Virus record (IMG/VR): IMGVR_UViG_3300022204_000004
Location: 12,922-76,921 of that record
DNA from: a virus
Reading direction: 5' to 3' (one strand)
Length of the DNA stretch: 64,000 bases
The notes beneath the pieces were generated by a model. That model was not told the DNA's origin. It did not search any database and saw nothing but the letters and a program-made list of their open reading frames with translations. Positions within the stretch are counted from its first letter, which is position 1; each line of letters starts with the position of its first letter. Made by a program: the position numbers and the translations under genes. Shown here in pieces: positions 1 through 9,358 of the stretch.

Positions 1-87
1 CCGAAAAGCTTGAAAGGAAAATTTTCCCTTCTTTTGCAAGAACCATAATTAATTTATTTGGTGGATTGTTTTAAATAAACTGTTGTT

Positions 88-122
88 AAAAAGCCCTCTA
101 GTTAATTCTAAAGGGCTTTTTT
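88..122. terminator. Intrinsic terminator, possibly bidirectional
   Basis: AAAAAGCCCT...AGGGCTTTTT inverted repeat immediately downstream of ORF 128-661. Confidence 0.7.
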
Positions 123-127
123 GTTTG

Positions 128-661
128 TTATATACTAACAAGTTGAAGATTTTCTAAACATTCTTTTTTGATTTCTTCAGACATTAGTTCAGGATATTTA
201 AACTTATTGCCCAAAGACTGTTCCATAGTGGTCGTTTCATCTGACCAACCTTGAAACTTATTGTCAAATAGAAGAACATGTTTTTTGGTTTCAAGTTCAT
301 TCATAATGAATTTTAAACCCATAGGTGTTATTCTCCAAACTCCACTTGATTTTCTTATATCATCTTTTTCTATTTTTTCTTCAAGAAATCCCCAATGTCT
401 TAAAAGAGTCCAATCGTGATTGTTTTGAAATCCTTGTTCTCTTAAAAATGATTTGACATTGACATAACTGAATTTGTTATATTTCCAAATCTGATATAAT
501 GTTATTGCCATACCGGAATTAAGTTTCCGTTTGTAGAGTTTGACAAATTGACCACAGCACTCACAATGACTGCCTTTAATAAAATTAATCCTTAAGCTTT
601 GTTTAGCTTCTTTTAATGTGCGTTCCATAATTTTTCTGATTTTTAAAGGTATTACTACCAT
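128..661 (-). CDS. Phage hypothetical protein with CxxC-like motif (start may be 628)
   Basis: ORF with HCECCGQ motif; ATG at 628 is preceded by the recurrent AAAAATCAGAA motif. Confidence 0.7.
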   Translation of the reverse strand: MVVIPLKIRKIMERTLKEAKQSLRINFIKGSHCECCGQFVKLYKRKLNSGMAITLYQIWKYNKFSYVNVKSFLREQGFQNNHDWTLLRHWGFLEEKIEKDDIRKSSGVWRITPMGLKFIMNELETKKHVLLFDNKFQGWSDETTTMEQSLGNKFKYPELMSEEIKKECLENLQLVSI

Positions 662-663
662 GA

Positions 664-777
664 TTAATAATTGGTTCCAAATAATATTAAAAGTGATATA
701 ATAATAACACTAATAATAAAAGAGAATAAAACATTACTTATTTCATGTCTCCAAAGTTTCTTTATTAATTTTTTCAT
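664..777 (-). CDS. Small membrane protein, 37 aa
   Basis: Manual translation MKKLIKKLWRHEISNVLFSFIISVIIISLLILFGTNY; tightly packed between neighbours. Confidence 0.55.
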   Translation of the reverse strand: MKKLIKKLWRHEISNVLFSFIISVIIISLLILFGTNY

Positions 778-787
778 ATCTATTGTT

Positions 788-976
788 TTAGTAGTTAAAT
801 ATTTCAATAATAGCAATCGTTATAAAACTACTTAAAAAGATAAAAGCAAATATTACGCTTAATACAGCAGATATATCTTCTTCTTTTTTTGTTTTACATC
901 CATTTGCACATATTAAACCAAATGCCATAAATCCCATCGCACTAAATAATATTATTAATACAAGTATATTTTCCAT
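788..976 (-). CDS. Small two-TM membrane protein
   Basis: Two hydrophobic stretches. Confidence 0.6.
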   Translation of the reverse strand: MENILVLIILFSAMGFMAFGLICANGCKTKKEEDISAVLSVIFAFIFLSSFITIAIIEIFNY

Positions 977-978
977 AT

Positions 979-1155
979 CTATTGTTTTAGTAGTTGAATA
1001 ATTATAAATATTGGGAAAAACAGAGGTATTACAATATGTTCCATAAGAACAACTACAAACCTTTGTTCTTCATTTTCTGCAGGATAAGGATATTTACAAT
1101 GCACATAATATCCATAAGCTTGTCCAAGAACAATATAAAGTATTAGCCAAATCAT
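979..1155 (-). CDS. Small membrane protein, 58 aa
   Basis: Manual translation MIWLILYIVLGQ...PIFIIIQLLKQ; ends 2 nt before the next ATG. Confidence 0.55.
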   Translation of the reverse strand: MIWLILYIVLGQAYGYYVHCKYPYPAENEEQRFVVVLMEHIVIPLFFPIFIIIQLLKQ

Positions 1156-1157
1156 AT

Positions 1158-1316
1158 CTATTGTTTTCGCTTTTTTCGAGACCTAATATTTTCAGCCCAT
1201 TTTGTTAGTTCATCGCTTACGCCAAAACAGATGCGTATCCAATCTATTGCTATTTTTAAAATGATTAAAAACATTGCAGAACCTATAATAATTAATGCGA
1301 TTTGAATACCTATCAT
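1158..1316 (-). CDS. Small membrane protein, 52 aa
   Basis: Manual translation MIGIQIALIIIGSAMFLII...EKKRKQ. Confidence 0.55.
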   Translation of the reverse strand: MIGIQIALIIIGSAMFLIILKIAIDWIRICFGVSDELTKWAENIRSRKKRKQ

Positions 1317-1318
1317 AA

Positions 1319-1606
1319 TTATTTGGATTTGATTTTTTCGTATAACTTCATATATAACATCATCAAATGATATGTTAGATACTTTTGGTCAAAAGGAAGC
1401 TCAGCCGACCTTTTTAATTTTCTACGACCATCAGTACCTATAAATTCTAGTTCTATCGTTACCATACTGTTCTTTGAAGATTCAAGAACGATAGGATAAC
1501 ATTTAATTCCTTTGGACAAGCATACGCTCATCGCTCGGAACTCTTCCTTGCTAGGACTATAATTGATTTTCATTTTATCAATCAAATGATCACTTTTGCT
1601 TCGCAC
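1319..1606 (-). CDS. Hypothetical protein
   Basis: ORF within tightly packed operon. Confidence 0.6.
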   Translation of the reverse strand: MRSKSDHLIDKMKINYSPSKEEFRAMSVCLSKGIKCYPIVLESSKNSMVTIELEFIGTDGRRKLKRSAELPFDQKYLTYHLMMLYMKLYEKIKSK

Positions 1607-2273
1607 TATAGGTATTTTTAAGAAGGTTTTCTATATAGGTTTTTCTTTTCAAGACATATTGTTCCATGCTCTGAATAGGAAACCTAATTCTTCTTTGTTG
1701 TCCTCCGCCATCTGTCAAAAGATAGCGTTGAGGAACAAAGGTCTTGCAAAACAAAGCCACAGTATAACCTGCTCCAGCCATAGGAATAGGAATGACCTTA
1801 TTTATATATCTACGATACCTTTCCCAAATAATCCTTTGTTTGATAGGAAAAGAAACCGCAGAACTGACCTTGCCCCCTTTTTGTTGAACAGCCGAAATAG
1901 GCTTAACATCTACATAAGAGACAACTTCAGGAGGAAAACCCTCTTTCAATACCGATTGGTGTGCTATAAAAACAGGCTTTCCAAACGAAAATATGCTACC
2001 CTCAAGCACCTCTTCATAAAAAAGGTACTCCGCAGTTGTTGCCCATACAATGATATAATCGTAAGTATAGGTTATCTGATTGAACAGATTAAAATCCTCT
2101 ACTTCCTTTTCCTTTCGCTTAAATCGTTTATAACGACCATAAGTTGCCGGACCTATAACAGAGATTGTTTCGGGCTCTCTCTTATAGTATTTAATATATC
2201 CTGCTTGCTGCATTTGGTTTAGCCACCATTGAAAATAGTCCTCAATAGTGTTGGTTTCCGTTTTTTTAGCCAT
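1590..2273 (-). CDS. PD-(D/E)XK-like nuclease (endonuclease I/resolvase-like)
   Basis: ITYTYDYII...YVDVKP resembles the YTPDF...(E/D)xK catalytic motif. Confidence 0.5.
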   Translation of the reverse strand: MAKKTETNTIEDYFQWWLNQMQQAGYIKYYKREPETISVIGPATYGRYKRFKRKEKEVEDFNLFNQITYTYDYIIVWATTAEYLFYEEVLEGSIFSFGKPVFIAHQSVLKEGFPPEVVSYVDVKPISAVQQKGGKVSSAVSFPIKQRIIWERYRRYINKVIPIPMAGAGYTVALFCKTFVPQRYLLTDGGGQQRRIRFPIQSMEQYVLKRKTYIENLLKNTYSAKQK

Positions 2274-2277
2274 ATTC

Positions 2278-3303
2278 TTAACTTAAGTAATCAGTTGCTT
2301 TTGTTTGTAATTGGGTTAAATAATCAATCAATTCTTTCTTAATAATCCCTTCTCTTGGTTCTGCTGGGTTCAGATTTGAAATGCTTTCTATAGCATCATC
2401 AAGAATATCTGAAATAGCATTACTAAAGTAATCAGGATTTTCCTGAGTTATTGACGGAGCCACAAAAGATATCCCCGATTCATTAACTTCAATATCCATT
2501 AGATCCACTGGCTTTGGTGGTGGTGGCAATGGTGGAGCTGAAGAAAGGTCAGGCTTAGAAAAAGCCATTTCCAAAATAGCAATAGAACTATCTATATTTC
2601 TATAGAATGTCTTTTTGATTTCTTCAGCTTGGTCTTCCAACAACAATGCAATATCATCATCATTAAAAGTATATCCTTGAATTTTAAGCTCTTTTAAAGC
2701 CTCTATCTGTTTTGATAAAGCTTCCTTTGAAAAGGTTTGTGCTTTCTCTACAGCATCGGGAACAAAAGAATTCAGTTCAGCATCAATACGCATTTTAGCG
2801 TTCATACGAGCCATTACAAGTTGTTGTTGTATTGTTTCGTCTGATAACTGCTCAATCTTTTCGATTGTAGCCTTGTTCTTTCTGTCCTCACGCTCTTGTT
2901 TCAAACGAGCTTCTTCTTCAATATATGGCTTAAATTCTTCCAATAAAGCCTCAAGAACATCTGTAGCTCTGCCTACAAACGTCTTTTCTATAGTATCAAG
3001 CTTTTTACCTGTTTCCAATATTGGTTTCTTTAATGCTGATTTAGCACGCTTGGTACTTGCCCTAAAAGATTTAATAACTTTTGAAGCGTCCTTATACTGT
3101 TGTATAGTTTCCGGATCTTCTTCATTGTATTTAATATCCTTGAAGCCTTCAATGGTTATCATTGTTTCTACTAAAGGATTGAACAGTTGAAGTTTTTCAA
3201 CATTCAATTCCTTGCTCAAATCCTTTATAAGTTTTTGAGTCGGTAACGATAGGTGTTTCATAGATTTCTCGTCTATCACCGTTAATTCTAATGTTTCTGA
3301 CAT
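2278..3303 (-). CDS. Coiled-coil phage protein
   Basis: Long charged helical N-terminal half and a Pro-rich linker. Confidence 0.65.
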   Translation of the reverse strand: MSETLELTVIDEKSMKHLSLPTQKLIKDLSKELNVEKLQLFNPLVETMITIEGFKDIKYNEEDPETIQQYKDASKVIKSFRASTKRAKSALKKPILETGKKLDTIEKTFVGRATDVLEALLEEFKPYIEEEARLKQEREDRKNKATIEKIEQLSDETIQQQLVMARMNAKMRIDAELNSFVPDAVEKAQTFSKEALSKQIEALKELKIQGYTFNDDDIALLLEDQAEEIKKTFYRNIDSSIAILEMAFSKPDLSSAPPLPPPPKPVDLMDIEVNESGISFVAPSITQENPDYFSNAISDILDDAIESISNLNPAEPREGIIKKELIDYLTQLQTKATDYLS

Positions 3304-3305
3304 AA

Positions 3306-4112
3306 TTATTTCTGATTTTTAATTAAACGTAATGTATCAAAGGCATGTTTGTATTTAGAAAGAAAATGTTCCCCTCTATTGCCTCTTAATTTTAATAAAT
3401 TCCAAGCTTCTACAAAACAATCCAAACCCTCTACGAGTCCATGATTCTTCATATAGGCTGTTAATACAGTGTGCCCCATAGTCTTAACATTTATATTTGT
3501 TAATAAATTGGCCGCACCTACTGGTCCACAGGCTTTTAAACCGCTTATGTTATCAACACTGTCACCTGTTAACATTTGGGTCATTAGAAAAGAGAAAGCA
3601 TCTGCTTTACTTACCTCTAAAAACCTTTCTTCTTTAATGTCAAAATGAGTACCTGGTATCTGTAAAAGGTCTTTATCCTTTGACCAAATAAAGGTTTCTT
3701 CATCTTGTAACATTGAAAGAACATCATCAGCTTCCAAGTCTTTGAACTGTAGTGAGGGAAATCGTTCCCTAATGTATTTGACCACTTCTTGCTTATCTAA
3801 AAGCTCTTGTGGATATTTAGGAACATAAGTCCTATTGCCTTTATACTTTTTATCAAAAGCTATATAGCTTCTGAAAGTATATTCAGCGGGTCCTGAAAAG
3901 CAAAACAAATAACCTTTAGCTTTTACCGTATTCAAAATATGGTCTATTCTTTCTTTAGTGAATTTGTGAACCATATTCTCATAGATATAGGCTTCCTTGT
4001 TATTTTGAGCTTTCATTACACTATCGACAACCAAATATTTGATATAATCAGCATCTACAAGTGCAATCTTGTCTGTCTCGATAATCTGTTTTGTTGGTGC
4101 AACTATTTCCAT
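3306..4112 (-). CDS. 5'-3' exonuclease / RNase H (T7 gp6/FEN-like)
   Basis: Motifs VDAD, YKGNR, LEADD, KDKDLLQIPG, LTGDSVDNISGL..CGP. Confidence 0.9.
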   Translation of the reverse strand: MEIVAPTKQIIETDKIALVDADYIKYLVVDSVMKAQNNKEAYIYENMVHKFTKERIDHILNTVKAKGYLFCFSGPAEYTFRSYIAFDKKYKGNRTYVPKYPQELLDKQEVVKYIRERFPSLQFKDLEADDVLSMLQDEETFIWSKDKDLLQIPGTHFDIKEERFLEVSKADAFSFLMTQMLTGDSVDNISGLKACGPVGAANLLTNINVKTMGHTVLTAYMKNHGLVEGLDCFVEAWNLLKLRGNRGEHFLSKYKHAFDTLRLIKNQK

Positions 4113-4297
4113 CTTTTGTTTTTATATATTATGATTTCAAATACAATAATCACTAAAGGCCATAACAGAACATCTACAAAAAACATAAGCACGTTGTACC
4201 ATTGTTTATTTGTATCGACAGTCGTTATGGAGTGAAAATAAAGTCCACAAGCTACATACAAGAGAACTATTGTTATAAATCCATTTATACTTACCAT
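4103..4297 (-). CDS. Small membrane protein
   Basis: Two hydrophobic segments. Confidence 0.55.
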   Translation of the reverse strand: MVSINGFITIVLLYVACGLYFHSITTVDTNKQWYNVLMFFVDVLLWPLVIIVFEIIIYKNKRWK

Positions 4298-4593
4298 GGG
4301 CGTTTTTTATTAAAATAATAAAATGGTTTCTTTTCTTTCTTAACCTCTTGTCTTTCTACAACAGCAACCATTTTTCCTATTGTAAAGATTTGTTTGCTCT
4401 GAAGTTGCTCTCGATTCATCAATGCAAAATATCCAACTATGGACATTGATTGAAAAATTCTCTGTCGTTTTTTGGATTTTGACCAAACTCTACCGAGCTG
4501 ACCTACCAATATCATTGAACGTAGCATCATTTTAATAAAAAGGCAAGAGCCGAAACCCTTGCCTATTCTGACTTTATTAAAATTCAACCTCAT
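4291..4593 (-). CDS. Hypothetical protein (true start probably downstream)
   Basis: ORF fills operon gap. Confidence 0.4.
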   Translation of the reverse strand: MRLNFNKVRIGKGFGSCLFIKMMLRSMILVGQLGRVWSKSKKRQRIFQSMSIVGYFALMNREQLQSKQIFTIGKMVAVVERQEVKKEKKPFYYFNKKRPW

Positions 4594-5650
4594 CTAAATC
4601 CTCACCTTGTGAAACCGGTGGTTGTGGAACCAAAGGAGTTGGTGGTGCGAATTGTGGTTGTGGAACAGCTTGTGGCTGTGGAACAGATTGTGGAGCTGGT
4701 GGAACTGCTTGAGGTGCAGGTGGAACAGGTGGAACAGGAGCGGGAACTACGGGTGCTTCAAAACGAGCATAACCGTTGTCTACCATTTGCTGAACAGTCC
4801 AATTACTGTTTGCAAGTTGCTCTTGCGTGTACTCATTACTTAACCAAACTAATTTTGGTCCAGCCTGTGGAACTGCTTGTGGCACCGATGGTGCTTGTGG
4901 CATTCTTTGAGCGGGTTGTGGAGCACTTTTAGGTATTTGCGGAGCTGAAGGAGTAGTAGTACCATCCCATTCAGCTTTTGGTGCAAATTTACCACCTCTT
5001 GAAGCATATTCTTTAGCTTCATTGCTTTCCATGATTTTATCTCTTATAAAATCAGGCAACTTACTGAAAGTTTCAGATTGAAAACAGTTGCCTTGTGGAT
5101 CTATAAGAAATCCAACCAAGTCATTGTGACGTTTAATCAAAGACCAATCAATAGCATACATCTGTTTTACATGCTCAGTTAAACCCTGAACAGTGGTAAT
5201 TTTGTTGTAAATCTTTGTTGGGTCTTTTTTAGACACTTGGTCAACAATATTAACCATTACTACTTTGCCCAAGAATTGACCTATGTCAAATCCTTTAAGG
5301 TATTCATGTGGTTGAAGTGTTCTACCAAGAATGCCATCGGCAATCTTTTTAAGAGTAGATTTTTCAGCCATTTGAAAAGTCGGTTCCATACTGACTACAG
5401 TAGGGCGTGGTTCCGTATCATCAACATTAAATAACTGCATCTTTAGAGGAAATTCAAAAGACAATCTCAATAAGTGAGTGGTCTTTTTGAAATGCTCATT
5501 ATAATGCGTTCCTAAATCAATCATAGAATATAAGATACCAACATTTGGTCCTACTTCTAATCTTTGTACGTCATCTCTTCTTTTGCTCATTTGGGCAGGT
5601 GCCGTCATTGCAAATCCATTTTGGGGCGTCTGTGCGCTTTGTGTATTCAT
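4577..5650 (-). CDS. NGO0469-family phage replication protein / ssDNA-binding protein
   Basis: YSMIDLGTH, EKSTL, FDIGQFLGK, KLPDFIRDKI motifs; Pro/Gln/Ala linker; acidic C-terminus DLDEVEF typical of SSBs. Confidence 0.7.
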   Translation of the reverse strand: MNTQSAQTPQNGFAMTAPAQMSKRRDDVQRLEVGPNVGILYSMIDLGTHYNEHFKKTTHLLRLSFEFPLKMQLFNVDDTEPRPTVVSMEPTFQMAEKSTLKKIADGILGRTLQPHEYLKGFDIGQFLGKVVMVNIVDQVSKKDPTKIYNKITTVQGLTEHVKQMYAIDWSLIKRHNDLVGFLIDPQGNCFQSETFSKLPDFIRDKIMESNEAKEYASRGGKFAPKAEWDGTTTPSAPQIPKSAPQPAQRMPQAPSVPQAVPQAGPKLVWLSNEYTQEQLANSNWTVQQMVDNGYARFEAPVVPAPVPPVPPAPQAVPPAPQSVPQPQAVPQPQFAPPTPLVPQPPVSQGEDLDEVEF

Positions 5651-5652
5651 AA

Positions 5653-6000
5653 TTAAAGTTTTATAAATTTTTCTAAAAACATTTTCTTGTCGCGTAAACT
5701 CACCATAAAACCTATCTCTAGGAAAAAATATGAGTACACGCTTATCTTTCTTTTTTTCTTTCGGATACTAACTGTTTGGTCTATTTCATATAGTATATCT
5801 ATTAAATAATTAGTAATTAACTCATAAGCTAACAAATAGCTGACACGCGTAGAAGTAGCCGTTTCAGATACGTGGTTGATAAATTCTTGTTGAGAGAATA
5901 CATCAGATTCCAAATATTCTTTAACAGCATCTCTATTAGCAAATTGTCTTACGCTTTTGCTTTCAAAAAACTTTATGTAGGGCTTAACACTCTTGAACAT
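5653..6000 (-). CDS. Divergent HU/IHF-like protein
   Basis: Helix-helix-strand pattern (FSQQEFINHVSE...ISVYSYFFLEI) adjacent to the HU gene. Confidence 0.4.
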   Translation of the reverse strand: MFKSVKPYIKFFESKSVRQFANRDAVKEYLESDVFSQQEFINHVSETATSTRVSYLLAYELITNYLIDILYEIDQTVSIRKKKRKISVYSYFFLEIGFMVSLRDKKMFLEKFIKL

Positions 6001-6288
6001 TTAATAAACTGTTTTGTCCTTAAGTTGATCAGCCATTTTCTTTGAAGGTCTAAAGCTTAAATAAAAAGACTTTTTGCTCATTTCTGTTTTACCTGTTTTT
6101 AAATGCAGAAAAGGTCTGGGCTTTCTAATTCTTAATTTAAAAATCCCTATTTCCCTTAACGACACCTCACAACCAAAAACCAATTTGTTTTTTAGTCGCT
6201 TTGTCAGGAATGTTATAATTTTTCTTGATTGCCTTTCGGAGAACCCGAACTCTTCTGATAAGTCTTTGGTGAAATCTGTAAAATTCAT
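6001..6288 (-). CDS. HU/IHF family DNA-binding protein
   Basis: MNFTDFTKDLSEEFG...VSLREIGIFKLRIRKPR...KTG...FRPSKKM; TACATTTG promoter box upstream supports the 6288 start. Confidence 0.85.
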   Translation of the reverse strand: MNFTDFTKDLSEEFGFSERQSRKIITFLTKRLKNKLVFGCEVSLREIGIFKLRIRKPRPFLHLKTGKTEMSKKSFYLSFRPSKKMADQLKDKTVY

Positions 6289-6353
6289 ATAATAAGCTTT
6301 TTTACAAATGTAACAAAATAATAGTACCATAGTGTTGTTTTAAAATATTATAC

Positions 6354-6482
6354 TATATTTGTCAAGAAGTTTTCTACAAAAATCGTTTCAGAGAGTTAGG
6401 GCCTCTTGCTTACAAACGGTTACTTCGTTTACATAACTGCATTGGGAAAAGAGCTATTTCGTAAGATTTAGCTCTTTTTTTT
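6354..6482 (+). ncRNA. Putative small RNA (promoter-RNA-terminator unit) opposite to flanking genes
   Basis: Bacteroidota -7 box TATATTTG 6354-6361, about 85 nt without an ORF, hairpin AAAAGAGCTA/TAGCTCTTTT 6447-6478 with T-tract. Confidence 0.5.
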
Positions 6483-6609
6483 CAATTACCAATTCATTAG
6501 GCAAAGCGAACAAAGCAATCCTATAACATCGTTTTTCAAACTCTTCCTTGGATTCATCTGGATAGCTAATAATAGAACCTCCTTGATAGCCTAAACTTGC
6601 TTTAAACAT
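6454..6609 (-). CDS. Small hypothetical protein, 51 aa
   Basis: MFKASLGYQGG...ELNLTK; start overlaps the methyltransferase stop. Confidence 0.4.
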   Translation of the reverse strand: MFKASLGYQGGSIISYPDESKEEFEKRCYRIALFALPNELVIEKKELNLTK

Positions 6610-7486
6610 TTTTATCTATCACAATGACTTTAGCACCTACAAGGGTTCCTGAAGATTTAAACGAACCTCTTTCGATGTCCATGATATGTGCACCAACAGA
6701 TTGAAGCCAATATCTAAAATCAGATTCTTTTTGATTATTGGAAATTTCCCAATGTTCTGAAGCTACGGAAACCAATCTACCATTATTTTCAAGACGATCG
6801 TACATATGTTGTATGTGGTCAATGTCCTGATTTTTTGTAAATGGTGGATTAGCTATAATCCTATCAAACTTACTACCACTCCATTCAAGAAAGTCAAACT
6901 CTCGTTTTATTACAACGTCTTTATGTTGATATTTCTCTTTAAGGATTTCTGTGTTGGTTCCCATTAATTCTATAGCAAAAATCTCACGATTGCCATGTCT
7001 TCTATGGATTGCATCAATAATGGCTCCCTGACCGGCACTTGGTTCAAGAACTGTTGACCAAGGCAGAATATCGGCAAGTTCTACAAGCCAATCAGCAATT
7101 TCATCAGGAGTTTCAAAGAACTGAAATTCTTTCTTTAGATTGATTTTCTCGCCATTTTGAACCCTACCGAGTAACTCACTAGGGTCTGTTGGAAATACGT
7201 GTGCTTTGGCACTTCTATTCCATTTACCGCCTATACCAACAAGTGCTTTGTTTACTTGTTGATATAAGGCTCTGTCTAATTGTTGTGGTAGGTAAACATT
7301 GTTACCCTCGATGCGACATGCATCAAATACTTCCTGCGTTGTTTGCATTTTTTTATTTATTAAAAAAGTTAAATAGCTAGGGAAAGAGTCGCCTTTATTA
7401 TATCCCAATACCTTGATTTGGTATTCTCGTTCTGCGATAAGCTCAAGTAATGACTTGCCTATACAAATTTCTTCATATTCAGTCAT
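6602..7486 (-). CDS. DNA N6-adenine methyltransferase (start possibly 7348)
   Basis: Motif I LEPSAGQG, motif IV IANPPF, upstream FQFFETP. Confidence 0.85.
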   Translation of the reverse strand: MTEYEEICIGKSLLELIAEREYQIKVLGYNKGDSFPSYLTFLINKKMQTTQEVFDACRIEGNNVYLPQQLDRALYQQVNKALVGIGGKWNRSAKAHVFPTDPSELLGRVQNGEKINLKKEFQFFETPDEIADWLVELADILPWSTVLEPSAGQGAIIDAIHRRHGNREIFAIELMGTNTEILKEKYQHKDVVIKREFDFLEWSGSKFDRIIANPPFTKNQDIDHIQHMYDRLENNGRLVSVASEHWEISNNQKESDFRYWLQSVGAHIMDIERGSFKSSGTLVGAKVIVIDKNV

Positions 7487-7616
7487 TACCTTAAAGCTTT
7501 TATAGTTTCCTTAATCAATTCTATAGCTACAGATTTTACGTCTACATGGCTGTTGAATTTATAAGCCGATTCTATTGTAACTCGCTTATCTTTAAATTCT
7601 ACTACTATTCTCATTT

Positions 7617-9101
7617 TTAGAATGGTACATTATTGTCCTTATCAGGAACGTTAAGTGATATTTGATTGCTTTGAGGTGGTGGTGGTGGAACCTTTGCACT
7701 TGGTGCTGTTACAGGAATGATGTCATAAGAGCCAGTATAACTGTAAGCACTTATGGTCATTTGAATAGCATCCAAAAATATGTGAATGGTTGTTGTACCC
7801 AAATCTCTACCTTTTGCAAATATGAATTCAGTATGGAAAAGTTCAGAATAAGGAATTGTCGCTCCGGGCAAGTCCTTGTCATAATAAGCTTGTCTATAAA
7901 GGAATACTGCAATATCTGCATCTTCCTCAATACTTCCCGATTCTTTTAGATCCGATAGCATTGGTCTTTTATTATGTCTGCTTTCCACACTTCTGTTAAG
8001 CTGAGATAATGCTATGACGGGAATATAATTTTCCTTTGCCATAGACTTACATTCCCTTGAAATAAGAGTTATCAGTATTCTGGGATCCATTTTACCTTCT
8101 TCCGATTTACATCTTTGAATGTAATCTATGAATACGGCTTTGACCCCTTTATCCCTGACATACTCTTCGGTCTTTCTTGAAATTTCCTCAATGGTCGTTA
8201 CTTTGTCCAATATGAAGAAATACAAGCTGTCATCAATGAACTTGCTACAAGCTTCTACTCGTTGCAGTTCTTCGTCTGTAAGCATTCCTGCTTTTATTTT
8301 CTTATACGGTATCTTTGTCTCTAATGATATTATTTTAGATTTTAATTGATTCTTAGGCATTTCCAAAGAAAAGAACAGTACGGGATTTCCCAACTTGGAA
8401 GTTTCCCAAGCGGATATAAGAGCAAAAGTTGTCTTACCCATACCCGGTCTTCCCGCAAGAATAATCAGTTCGCCAGGTGAATAACCACTCATGAAATCAT
8501 CAATGACCTCAACAGTGGTCGAAACCCCAACGGATTGTCCTACTCTTTGTTTTGCTACTTTTTGCCTAATTTCAGCGTTATAATCGTTTTCCTCTACGGT
8601 TTCGTTTCTCTTTAGGTTAATGGTCATTCTCTCGAACAGACTATTGTATTCAGCAATAATATTATCGCTTACCTGAAGAACATCTCTACCGTTCCAATTT
8701 CCATAAAGCACATCATGAGCATTCCAATTCCAAAAGTCCATTATTACGTATTGCTTTAAAATAAAAATATCATGTTCCAAAGTGTTTATGGAATATGTAC
8801 CAGCAAAAAGAACTTTAGCCAATTCAATTTCAAACTCTTTGTAATTATTCAATCTGTATTTCTCAGGTCTAAACTGACCAACAGCAACAACCGTAGGAAC
8901 GGCATTTTGTTTATAGCACTCAAAGATCGCAGAACAAATGTCCTTATGGGCTTCTAATCTAAAATCCTTAACCCTAACGTTATGTGCTTCAACTATACTC
9001 CTTACCTCAGTATCTCGGTCAACATTCATTATTGTACCAAGTATCTGTGCCTCGACTTGATATCGATGGTCGATATCATAGTTGTTATATTCATTTATCA
9101 T
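7617..9101 (-). CDS. dnaB: Replicative DNA helicase
   Basis: Walker A GRPGMGKT, FSLEM, FIDYIQ, ALSQLNR, SDLKESGSIEEDAD. Confidence 0.95.
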   Translation of the reverse strand: MINEYNNYDIDHRYQVEAQILGTIMNVDRDTEVRSIVEAHNVRVKDFRLEAHKDICSAIFECYKQNAVPTVVAVGQFRPEKYRLNNYKEFEIELAKVLFAGTYSINTLEHDIFILKQYVIMDFWNWNAHDVLYGNWNGRDVLQVSDNIIAEYNSLFERMTINLKRNETVEENDYNAEIRQKVAKQRVGQSVGVSTTVEVIDDFMSGYSPGELIILAGRPGMGKTTFALISAWETSKLGNPVLFFSLEMPKNQLKSKIISLETKIPYKKIKAGMLTDEELQRVEACSKFIDDSLYFFILDKVTTIEEISRKTEEYVRDKGVKAVFIDYIQRCKSEEGKMDPRILITLISRECKSMAKENYIPVIALSQLNRSVESRHNKRPMLSDLKESGSIEEDADIAVFLYRQAYYDKDLPGATIPYSELFHTEFIFAKGRDLGTTTIHIFLDAIQMTISAYSYTGSYDIIPVTAPSAKVPPPPPQSNQISLNVPDKDNNVPF

Positions 9102-9109
9102 CTCATAGT

Positions 9110-9358
9110 TTATTTGTATTTATGATATTGGCATCTGTAATTACCTTTATCGGTTATTTTATAATTCCAATTCCAACATGAACGGATGAGTTTCTCTCTA
9201 TAAAACATAGAAACATCACCAATACTATTGTGGCGACTATATTGACAGACACGTTTCCAAAACTGTTTAAGAGTTTCTTCTTTGTATTTGTAATACCTTA
9301 TTCTCATATTACCAAAATTTGCATGATAATCTAAGTCCTTGTCATCATTCTGGTTCAT
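9110..9358 (-). CDS. Hypothetical protein
   Basis: Start overlaps the ThiF stop; lies between ThiF and dnaB. Confidence 0.5.
   Translation of the reverse strand: MNQNDDKDLDYHANFGNMRIRYYKYKEETLKQFWKRVCQYSRHNSIGDVSMFYREKLIRSCWNWNYKITDKGNYRCQYHKYK

Larger units (their letters stand above)
775..1167. repeat. Gene-junction direct repeat, 3 copies
   Basis: CATATCTATTGTTTTAGTAGTT at 775-796 and 974-995; 15-nt core at 1153-1167. Confidence 0.85.

Noticed and set aside
775-1167. CRISPR-like repeat-spacer pattern
   Set aside because: Spacers are 160-180 nt and are complete ORFs; no cas genes
1596-2222. 208-aa plus-strand ORF and similar antisense ORFs (e.g. 46073-50191 minus strand)
   Set aside because: Shadows of real genes on the opposite strand, with no recognisable motifs
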